Assembly (NCBI GenBank): GCA_000091205.1
Contig: AP006502.2
DNA: 64,000 nt
Strand: one strand, 5' to 3'
From: Cyanidioschyzon merolae
Lineage: Eukaryota
Made by a program: the position numbers and the translations under genes. How positions within the stretch are numbered: position 1 is the stretch's first letter; each line of letters opens with the position of its first letter. Shown here one piece after another: positions 12,501 to 22,696 of the stretch. A model generated the notes under the pieces. It had not been told where the DNA came from. It saw only the letters and a program-made list of their open reading frames with translations, and searched no databases.

Positions 12501-12604
12501 TCGCCGTGCTGCACAGGCGCTGCGTCCAGGGTGTATCGACACTTGGTGCACCAGCCCTGGCTTTGGGAGCCCCCGAGGGCACTTTCGGTGCGTTCTGAAC
12601 GATC

Positions 12605-13816
12605 ATGACCGACTCAAACTTGTTTTCTCCTAAACCGAACCAAATAGTGAGCACCACGGAGGCCTCAGAACGCGCTGACTCGCTTGGCACGAGTGCAGAG
12701 TCCGGCGCGCTGCGCAGCGACAGCAGCACAAGCCCAGGAGGAGTGGGGCGACGCTCGCCACTGGACTTGTTATCCAGCGGACGCAACGGCTACCCGAGCA
12801 CAGAACTCGAGCCGGTTCAGGATGAAGAACACCTTGGTGCAGCTCTGGATCAAGCGTTGAACTATGAATTACGTATCATGGCTGGGAACTCGAACCGCGA
12901 GCTCGCTGCTGCGATTGCCCGCAACCTAAAGATCGAGCTGATGGAAGCTGATGTTCGGCGCTTCTCCGACGGTGAGATCTATGTGTCGATCAAAGAGAAC
13001 GTACGGGGTAAGGACGTTTTCGTCGTCCAAGGAACTTCGCCGCCGGTGAATGACAACATCATGGAGCTGCTCCTCATGATCGATACGTTGAAGCGAGCGT
13101 CGGCGAAGCGCATCACCGCTGTGATGCCTTACTTTGGCTACGGTCGTCAAGATCGAAAGTGTGCGCCTCGAGTTCCCATATCCGCTCGCTTGATGGCGGA
13201 TCTTCTCGAAGTGAGCGGTGCGCATCGCGTGCTTGCATTCGAACTCCACGCTGGGCAGATCCAGGGCTTCTTCCGGATCCCTGTGGATCATATGTATGCA
13301 GTTCCGGTTTTTGTCAGCTACCTGCTGGAAAATAATTTTGACGGCCTCGTGGATCCTGTCATTGTCTCGCCGGATGCTGGCGGTATGGAGCGCGCTCGGG
13401 CGTTTGCCAAGCGCTTGAATGCGTCGCTCGCGATCATCGACAAGCGCCGGAGCGGGCCCAATGTCGCACACGTGATGCACATCATTGGTGAAGTCCACGA
13501 GCGTGATTGCATCATCATTGATGATATGGTGGACACCGCTGGGACGTTGACTGAGGCGGCCAAGGCTCTGAAAGACCACGGCGCGAAGAAAGTGCACGCG
13601 TACGCGGTTCACCCTGTATTGAGTGGTCCAGCGCTTGATCGCATTCGCGAGTCTGCGATCGACAAGGTCGTTGTTACGAACTCAATCATCGTAAGTGATG
13701 AACGGAAGCGGAAGAGTGGCAACAAGATCGTGCAGTTACCAGTGGATATACTGTTCAGTGACTGCATCAAGCGCATCCATCGGGAGCAAAGCGTATCCTC
13801 TTTATTTGATCAGTGA
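12605..13816 (+). CDS. ribose-phosphate pyrophosphokinase (PRPP synthetase) with ~87-aa Ser-rich N-terminal extension
   Basis: The PRPS core runs from 'LRIMAGNSNRELAAAIARNLKIELMEADVRRFSDGEIYVSIKENVRGKDVFVVQG'. It includes the PRPP-binding loop 'CIIIDDMVDTAGTL' and the flag region 'KRITAVMPYFGYGRQDRK'. Confidence 0.9.
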   Translation: MTDSNLFSPKPNQIVSTTEASERADSLGTSAESGALRSDSSTSPGGVGRRSPLDLLSSGRNGYPSTELEPVQDEEHLGAALDQALNYELRIMAGNSNRELAAAIARNLKIELMEADVRRFSDGEIYVSIKENVRGKDVFVVQGTSPPVNDNIMELLLMIDTLKRASAKRITAVMPYFGYGRQDRKCAPRVPISARLMADLLEVSGAHRVLAFELHAGQIQGFFRIPVDHMYAVPVFVSYLLENNFDGLVDPVIVSPDAGGMERARAFAKRLNASLAIIDKRRSGPNVAHVMHIIGEVHERDCIIIDDMVDTAGTLTEAAKALKDHGAKKVHAYAVHPVLSGPALDRIRESAIDKVVVTNSIIVSDERKRKSGNKIVQLPVDILFSDCIKRIHREQSVSSLFDQ

Positions 13817-15157
13817 GGTTCAAGAGCAATGCGTTGCACTGCAGCGAATGCGGGAACAGCTCGGCACAAGGTACGCACCTGCATGTCCTCGGCGACTTGA
13901 GTGGCACTCGGAAACGATACCTGGCAGGCGGCGAGCGTGCTTTGTACTGTGCGGGTTCACGGCAAGATCATATGCAGGTGCACGCATATGAACACTCGAA
14001 TGTTTTTTTGGTGGGATCTGTCTACCAGTGTGTTTATCATGCGCCAAAAACGGCTCATTTCTATGAAAGCGCGTGTCGATTCCGCGGTATCGTTGACGCG
14101 GTGTAACTTTCAAGAAAAATACCGCAGAAAGCATGACTATGCGGCACAAGCGTCCGTTACGCCCATGTCAGGATAAAATGAATGGGTCCACTCGATTGAT
14201 TCGGGCTTGCATTCTGAAATCTGGGTCGCGTCCCACTGGCATCGATACCAGCCTTGGCGGGGGTTCTGCGATTGTTTCGTTATCCTCTCCCTCGTGTCCG
14301 ACCTGAAAAACGCTGGTCACTCCTTCCCCTCTGTTTCCGTTGTCGACAGTATAAGGATGCTATCGGCAGCGCTCAAGCCCTGACTTTGATGCTTGCGGCT
14401 AATGTCAACGCTTTCCATGCATAGGCGATACTTGCAATCGATACCGCGCTTGCCAGTTCCGTCTTCTTTGTATGCAGCGTCGCTGTGCGCCCCTCGCACC
14501 AGTGACACGTGCCTGTGGTCAGATGCTGCCAACTGTTCACCACCACAGCTGCCACTCCGATCGCTGCCTCGTGACGCGTGAACGCTCGGTTCATCGCTCC
14601 CCACGTGGCCTTGACGGCAACAGGAGGCTCGCCTCGATCCCATCCTCGTTTGCCGACCCTGGGGTCGCGTTCTACGTTCACGGGCGCCTGCCGCGCGATG
14701 TTCTGTTCGAGAACGCTGCTCGCTACGCTTGAAAGCGCTCGCCGTTCCATTCGATAGAGGATTGGTGGAACGCGATATTGTCCATCACGAAACGAGTGCA
14801 GGAGGGAATATCCACGCTGGAGAGCAAGTCGAGTTCCTCAGGTCCATCTACGCCCGTTTCGTGCAAGACGCTGGCGTACGCTCCACTGGAAGCGATCGTT
14901 GCGATGGCTCGAGTGCGAGCCCAGCACCCGATTCTATGCAAACGGAAGAGACGGCATCCTGTGGAAGCGCACGCCCTGGGAGGTATTTTGCGTCAGTCAT
15001 GTGCCGGCTCGGCGGCGGCGGCGGCCACAAAGCAGAGGCAGACCTGTCTTTCAATCGGAGTCGATGATTTGGACACCATCAAATCGGTACAACTTTGTGC
15101 ATGAGCTTCTGTATGGTCGCCAAGGGACGACATGGAGTTTTTTATTTCGTCGTCGTC

Positions 15158-15182
15158 GTCGTCGTCGTCGTCAATCCAGCGG
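15158..15182. repeat. (CGT)n trinucleotide microsatellite
   Basis: 'cgtcgtcgtcgtcgtcgtcgtcgtc' encodes poly-Asp on the minus strand and poly-Ser on the plus strand, in ORFs that are probably spurious. Confidence 0.85.
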
Positions 15183-16607
15183 CGCGAGTTGCTGCACCCA
15201 CGAGTTGTCGTGAAACAGACAATATCGAAAAAGAGACGCATGCGTGATAAGCGCGTCCAACATGTCAGGAGCGGAGTATCACGCAGGCTTGTGCATATGA
15301 ACCTGATCATGGTATCGGTTGATTTTGGGAATCACTGATCGGAACGCGTCGCACACCATCGCGAGTCTCCGGGTACGTAACGAACGCCAGCGGCACAGCG
15401 TCAACGGGGGCACTTCGAAAAAGCAACCGGGCATCCTATCACGTACTATACATGCTTGGCCGTTTATTCCGGCAATCTGATTGTCGAGGCTGTACATCGA
15501 ATGCATCTAGGAAAAATTCGCAAGACAGACGCTGAGCGAGCAATACAATATCCGATTTTAAGCTGATACAGGTGTTTTCTCTGAACGCCCCACACGTTGC
15601 GGCCGGCGACAGTCTCGCGCTTGTCGCTCTGAGGACTCGCGATGCACGAGCTCGCAGGAACGTGCACCAGTGAGGTTAGTGAGCAAGAAACAACCTCCTG
15701 TGATCCTTTCATAAGAGGACAAATGCAGACCTTGACAGGGCGGCCCAGATACATTCGGGACTCTTCAGATCATGGACGTGGCCTTTGTGCCAATGACGCG
15801 CCCGACGGCCGCTCCAGTTCATGCAGAATCGAGGAAGGTGGACCCCCACAGAGATGCCATCAGTGACACACAAAAGTTATCCCACGAACATGGAGAGTAA
15901 ACACGTAGTCTCACTCACAGACCTCTCCCAGCATTTTTTGACAGGCCGTCTGCTATCGGCTGTAGCTTCTCTTTGTACACTTCGAGGCTGAGAGGCTACT
16001 TCACAAAGGTGGTTCGCGTCAGCACCACGTATCGTATGGAATTGATGGCGGCTACGAAGTCTCGGTTCACGAACTTCTTGTATTTATTGTATCTGCTTGA
16101 ACTCACCAATGCAAGGATTGCTAGAACACGTGCCCTCCGTACCACACCAGTCTCGTCATCATCCCGTGGGGCAAACACCTCTTCCCGCCTATCCCGCCTC
16201 TTCTTCTTCTTCCTCCTCGCTCTATCAAAGACCAGAAGAGGATTTTGCTCTTTCGTTTCTCTCCGGCACCCGATGACACCGGGAACTCCAGGATTCCCAA
16301 GTTACATCTCCATAACTTTCTCTTAGATTATGTATTTCTTCAAACGGACGCATTTCGAAAGCATCTTCCATACACCGCGAAATCGCATGATGAGACACGC
16401 ACCTGGTGATGGAACACCATTGGGATGAAATACTACAATCAGACTAATATGGACAATTTATGAAAGCATTTTGCCGCAGTCGCCGCCGGCACGTCCCACG
16501 CGAATCCCCGGGTTGACCTCGGGGGTCCATGGCAACAGCCTCCAAACGACAGCGAGCTTGCATGTCTCTTTTTCCGTAAGTTTCACACCAACCGCAGGCC
16601 GCTGATC

Positions 16608-17492
16608 ATGGATTCCGTGCGTCCAGATGGCCGCTCTTCCGAAGCGTTCCGACCTCTCCGTGTGGCGCTCGGCGTACTCGAACGCGCTGACGGTTCGAGC
16701 TTGCTCTCTCTGGGCGAGACTCGAGTGCTCGTGAGCGTTTACGGCCCACTGCAAAGCGAGCTATCGACTAGATCGGGCGGTGTCGCAGTGCAAACCCCCC
16801 GCGATGGCACTTGTCAGGTCACTTGGCTTGAACCGGAACCTACGCTCAGCGACATACTGACCACAACACGTGAAGCGCACCGAGGCGGCGTCCAGGGCGC
16901 ACCGTACCCTGTCCTGCCTCTGTCTGCAGAGCAGGCTGCAGTGCGATCTCGAGCGACGGGCTTACGAAGACATCCTGCCACGGAGACGCTGCTGGAGCGG
17001 CTCTTTTCGTCCGTGATCATCCTAATGGAGTACGCGTCCAGTTGTATCCATGTCATCGTTCAGGTGTTGCACCATGACGGTGGAACGTTGGCCGCGGCTG
17101 TCATTGCTGCGAGTTTGGCGCTCATGGATGCGGGCGTATCGCTGCGAGGCTTCCTGGTTGCGGTGCCCATCCTGGCACGAAGCATCGATCACGAGCAGGC
17201 AGACGTAAGCTGGCTGGTAGACCCGACGCTGGCGGAGCTGCGTCAGCAAAGTTTGGGTTCCAGTCTATGGGTTGTGGATCAAACCGGAAACATATGCTAT
17301 TGCCGGCTCGAGGCCCCGTTTGCCCTGGAAACTAGCGCACCAGCATCACTGTCGGATATTAACGCCAGCATGCACTTGGAGTGGCACCAAGACGCATACC
17401 GGATCGCCGCTGGTGCAGCAGAGAAACTATGCAGCTGGCTTCGCTCGGTCATGGAGTCGCAGATCAAGGACGCGTTGCCGGAGATCCAGTAG
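16608..17492 (+). CDS. exosome complex RNase PH-like subunit (Rrp46/Mtr3/Rrp41 class)
   Basis: The N-terminus 'RPDGRSSEAFRPLRVALGVLERADGSSLLSLGETRVLVSVYGP' matches the RNase PH domain-1 consensus (R.DGR...R......G.l..adGSa....G.T.vl..V.GP). Confidence 0.75.
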   Translation: MDSVRPDGRSSEAFRPLRVALGVLERADGSSLLSLGETRVLVSVYGPLQSELSTRSGGVAVQTPRDGTCQVTWLEPEPTLSDILTTTREAHRGGVQGAPYPVLPLSAEQAAVRSRATGLRRHPATETLLERLFSSVIILMEYASSCIHVIVQVLHHDGGTLAAAVIAASLALMDAGVSLRGFLVAVPILARSIDHEQADVSWLVDPTLAELRQQSLGSSLWVVDQTGNICYCRLEAPFALETSAPASLSDINASMHLEWHQDAYRIAAGAAEKLCSWLRSVMESQIKDALPEIQ

Positions 17493-17990
17493 GGCAGCGT
17501 CGTATAGCATACGCACCAGTTGCTTCCGGAAATTCTGTCGGGGAGAGCGTCTTTTACCGTGTGTGCCGTTGAGGAGGATGCTTCCCCAGCATGCGCATCT
17601 GCGAAGAACCGTCTCTCCTGGGAGCGTACCTCCAGCGGTGCGAGTGACTGGCGCGCCTCGTCTGCTGGGTGACTTGTCATGCGGGTTGCGCATCTTCCGG
17701 AGCCGCATCGGACGCGTGAGGCTATTCTCGAACCGAGAGCCGGCCTTCGCACCTACTAGACACGCTGGTCCATCTACGTGTCAACGGTTACTTTGCAACG
17801 ATACTGCTGATGGTTCCCAGGAACCCCTGCAAATGTATCCCAGGAGGTAACAGCTTCTATAGAACCTCGGAGGCCTATTATCCTTTGATTCGCCAATCGC
17901 TGAACGCTTCACAAACCCGCGTGATGGTCGTTTCAGTGCTCATTCAAACTCGTAATCGGCTACGCGGAAGCTCATCATCAGGGCAGAGTT

Positions 17991-20291
17991 TCACAGACCG
18001 AACTCTTCATCAAGAGCTGCAAATCGCAAGGCATCTGAGTATTGCCAGATACCGCTTCTCTGGTGCCTAGCTTGCTGCTCTTCCGCTGCGAAACGATGCG
18101 CAGCGGGCCGTCTGGTACCTTCGTCCTGCGGGTGAAGACACCAAGCGAGTCCACGCTGAACGAGCAGCCCGGCAACCGAGGTACCAGCTTCGTCTATACT
18201 ATGAAAGGATCGCGGCTCCTGTGTCGTTGGCCTGGACGCAACAAGCAGGTCGCCCAGCACAAGTCCTAACTCGGGCGCAATGCTTGGTGCGGGACCAGGG
18301 TCCTGTTTCGTCACCACCACATTTAGGGGGCGGTCCCATGTCAGTTCCCGTAACAAGGTACCGCTCTGCTCCCAGCACGGCTCGTCTGTATCAGGCACTG
18401 CAATGTCGTCAAACCTAAATGCAAACGTCTGTGCCGGGAGTTGCTCTAGAATGTGTACGTTCGCATCATGCGGAGGGAGCGTTCGCAAATGCGATGCATC
18501 AACCCAGAGCTCGCCGCCGCTGTCTATGAACCGTAAAAAAATCAAGTCGTGCTCACCTGGTGCAGTGTCCAGCACCCGAGCACGGTACCAGGGGCGTTCA
18601 CCAGGGTACTGGGCCAATACCAGGTCGAATGGGTGCGGCATTGGCTTGTGCGCGGTCTCGGTAACGAGTTGTCTCGCAACCAGATCACAAAGCTCTTGAA
18701 TGCGCGCTGCTTCAGCAGGATTTGCTTTTGGTGAGCGCAGAAAAAGCAAGCCGCCGGGAAGAATCTCCGTTACCGTTAGTGAACGCCAAACCACAGCTCT
18801 ACCCGAGTGCTCTGCGCCCACCCGCGACAAGCCGATCTCCTTGCCCGCGTCTGCAGAGACCGATGGAGCGGAAACAGCCCAGAGGCCTCGACGAGTTCGC
18901 TGCGCTCTTTGTTGCGCGCTTTGCAGCTGTTGCCAGGTCGCCGCAGGAAGCGATGCTCGCTCGAGCAGCGTGGCTAGACCTGCCTGCACCAGATGCTCAG
19001 CCCAGTCCCCGGAAAAAACGACATTTTGCTCGGAAGGATCCGTTTGCGATAGGGAAGGCCCCAGAACATACAGCGTGCCGAGAAAAGTCCCATAGCGATC
19101 GACATCCAAGATACGGACCCGCACGTCGCGCTGAAGAACATGCCTCCGTGCCTCGTTGTATGCACGCCAGCTGCAGTCCTCTTCCGCGGACAAGCGCTGG
19201 CCCTCGGTTTCGATGGGCCGAGGAACCGCACAGCGAACACCAGCGAGCGCAAATGATACTAGCAGCGCATCCTTGTTGAGGAAGACTTTGAAGCGAGACC
19301 CACTTCGAACGTATTCAACGATGCCGATACGTTCGCTCGTATCCGACAACGATTGCTGGCTTCCGCAGAGGATTGGGAAGAGGTCGCGAGCTCGACGACT
19401 TGCTTCTCTGCGAGTGACGTCATGGATGCGCCGAGGCTGCGTCAGGATCGTAGCAGGAGTCGTTGACCCCCGAGGTACAGCGCTCTCTCCGGCACCAGAC
19501 CTGTGAAGTGTAGAGCCGGTGGGCGCCCTCGAGCCGCCTCCCTGCTTTCGTTGCTGTTCTGGCGGTTGCTGCTTCCTCTTGCGCTCGATTTCGACAAAAG
19601 TGTTGACAGCTTGCTGACACGCTGCATCGCTTTGGTCGTTCGGGAGGGTCTTCAACTGAACCAGACCAGCTTCGAGTAGGGCAGCATTCAGCAAGCAGTC
19701 CGCCTGCCACAGGAGGACCTGCGGAACGCCCGTAGATGTCGATGAGGCGCTGCTTACCCTAGAAGGGCGCTGCGAAACAACTTGCACCCGAACGAGACCG
19801 GGGTGACCAATGAGACGCGTTCGTAGCCACTCGCGTGCAGTGAACCCTCCTTCGGTATCGAGCGGATATGCTCTGACGAACGCTAGCCCAACTTGCAATG
19901 CGCTTTGCAACGAACTCGTATGCAGCACCGGTTCCTGACTCGTATCTGTTGTCATCGATGTAGCAGACGCAGTCGTAGAGGTCGCCCTGGAACGTTGGTG
20001 CGACGGCAGCAATAATAGTGAATCACCGGAGAGCACTTGGATGACCTCAGCTTGCCAACGTGATCCGATTTCCGTCAAGTTAGGCGCCTCGAGTGGGCTC
20101 GCTGCTTTCGTTGTTGCGGGAGAAAACTTCCACCAGCCAAGCTCACGACGTCGAGCGTCTTCTTGAAGCGATTGCCAGCGCTTTGCATAGGCTGATACCA
20201 AGTCCATACCCCAGTCGCTCATCCAACCGAGACCGTTTCGGAGCAGGGCCTCTCCGAGCTGTGCATGCAGCGTATACGTCTCCTGTTGTTG

Positions 20292-20322
<31 letters not shown>

Positions 20323-21620
20323 TCGTCATGTAATGAATCGACTCCCGAGCCAGAGACTCCGCGGACAGTCACGATCCAGTGACCCAGCGGCGTCTGCTCT
20401 TTCCCGTAGACAAGGATATCGCGCTGGAGCAGAAACCGCTCGGTAAGAAAACGGGCTTGAAGAGCGATTCGTCCAGCGGGAGAGTTCGGATCCTCTGGGG
20501 AGGCTTTTGCCCCTAAATCGGTGTTATTCGAATCTGCTCGAGTTTGGCCAGATGATACGGATGGGGTTGCAAGACCCGCGAGCCAGGCGAGGATGAGCGC
20601 ATGCCGCTGCACCTGTCTGGAACTCTCTCGACTCGGTGCGGTTGCCGGCTCTGGAACCCGCAAAAGAACCACCGAACCACTAAGAACGCGTTCCACAACC
20701 GCCTTCAAATAAAAGGATCCGCCCATAGGTATATTCGCCTCCAACCAGGTCTTGACTTGGGTTACAGGCACAACAATGTGACGTTGAGGGTACTGCTTAC
20801 TCCAGATGCCGCATTCGTGAGCTCTTGCAGCTACCTCATCCTGCTGAAGCGCTGGATAGACGTGCGCAGCAAACCACTGCGCTACCACGATATTCCTCTG
20901 ACTGCAAAAAGCAGCGGTCTGGGAGCCCATCCCTACGTCACGCTGCTCCGGTGCCTGCGTTGCTGGTGCTGTCGTCGTCACCGTAGAGCTGCGTTCGCCT
21001 AAAGACGTCAAACCTTTTGGGCCAGTAGCGCTGGCGTGTGTACCCAATTGGTTTGGTGCAAGTCGTGCAAGCCCTGCTTTCAACAGCTGGCTCTGCAAAG
21101 ACTCCTTCGGGTCTAGATGGACAAGTGCGTACTCCGAGTGCCCATCGGTGCCAACGATGGAGAAGGTGACGTGGCGACCAATGGTGCTTTTCCGGGACCA
21201 TTCGCGGGCTTCAAACGCCCAGTCTTGCTCGATATCATCAGAAGCGGGGGATAAACCGTTCCCTTCGCACCCGTCCTTCGTCAGCAGAGCGTGACGATCA
21301 CCTGCTTCCGTTGCCGGGGCAGGGACGGAACTCGACTCCGGTCGTTGAGCAGGACAGGCGCGTGGTGTTTGAATCCCAGCGAGTCGAACGCGTCGAGCAG
21401 CTGGCAGTTCCGTACGAGAGAGATCTGCTGATGTCGGTGTCCAGAGTACGAGTTCATCCGCCTCGAGTACCGTACCAACGATTGCTCGTAGCCAGACGGG
21501 CGACGAGCTCGCGTCTTTTTCCGCGGATATTTTCATGGTTCCAGTGACACTTTGACCAGCGTCTGTTGTCTTCGGGCTATCAAGTCGCATGTTCCAGGTG
21601 GCCGTAAACGTGTGTAGCAC
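17991..21620 (-). CDS. staphylococcal-nuclease-domain and Tudor-domain protein (SND1/Tudor-SN-like), 1209 aa with poly-Gln tract
   Basis: The N-terminal SNase-like fold signature is 'VWLRAIVGTVLEADELVLW...RRVRLAGIQTPR', with several repeated SN-like modules. A Tudor-like segment 'YRARVLDTAPGEHDLIFLRFIDSGGELWVDASHLRTLP' is present. A Q22 run is encoded at 20285-20326. Confidence 0.65.
20285..20326. repeat. (CAA/CAG)n coding trinucleotide repeat (poly-Gln) inside the SND1-like gene
   Basis: The plus strand reads 'gttgttgttgttgttgctgctgctgctgctgctgctgct'; the minus-strand coding sense is CAG/CAA. Confidence 0.9.
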
Positions 21621-22696
21621 GGTCTTTCAAGACGCAAGGCGGTGAATCAAGTTGAAGCAACAGCGTTCGCAGCAGCTGCTTCTCACGATCAGAGACGATG
21701 GACGTCGTGAGTCGATGTTCCCAGAGACACTTGAAAGACGCTTCTTTGGAAGCAGCGTTTTCGCTGGGCTCGTAAGGAAAACGAAGTCGGGCTTTGAAGC
21801 GCACTGCAGCTCGTATATTCAGTTTGAAGCAACAACAGTAGCCGGCTGCTGTAACGAACCTCAAGGAGACTGTTGTCAAAGGCAGCGTTTCAGTTTCCTA
21901 GATGCAGAAATACAATCTAGTAAACCAGAAACTAAAATTTTTTGCAATAGAAACTTTTGCCTTAGCGGGAGATCGTCGCAGATCTGTTCAGGAACAACGT
22001 AAACAGACGATCTCAGAACCTGTTGGTCCGTCGTTCAGACTCCTCCGAAAATATACCTCACCCTCAACAAAAGATCGTCGCAAAGCGCTAGTGTAATTTT
22101 GAAAAGGTGAAATCACAACCCCTTGATCCCCGGTCTGAAGTTCTCCGAAAAGAAACTCGACTCTTTACGAAACCTCCAAATGAACGGATTCCGGATAGTT
22201 GCTGGGAGAACGGGGCAACGTGTCTGTGTTGTACCCGGCCGGCTGCCGTGCGAAACGAAAGTCACGGCCTCTGGTGCACGGTCGAGAGGACGTGTTGGAT
22301 GCGTTTTACGTGCCTTTAGTAGACAAACAGGAGCCTCTGCGTCTCCGAAAGCAGCAAGCCTGTAAGGTTCAAGGCAAGTACATCTACTTCCTATACAGGA
22401 ATCGAAGCCGCAGGCACCGGATCGGACCTGATGTGCTCACTGCAAGAAGCACAAGGTACCGCACTACCTACATGCTTACAACCTGCATCGTAATCTCTTG
22501 AGCTCTGGAACTGATACAGACGCTTGCCTTAAAGAGTTAGCGTTGGCTCACGAGTGAGACTCGCACTGCATCGCACTGTGCGTATACCAGTGGTCAACGA
22601 CCTTGCACCAACCGCAAAACGCTGGTTCGGAGTACTCGGTGAACACTTGGGACAACGTTGTCTAACTGCACTCGGCGATAAGAAAAGCTTCTCTGG

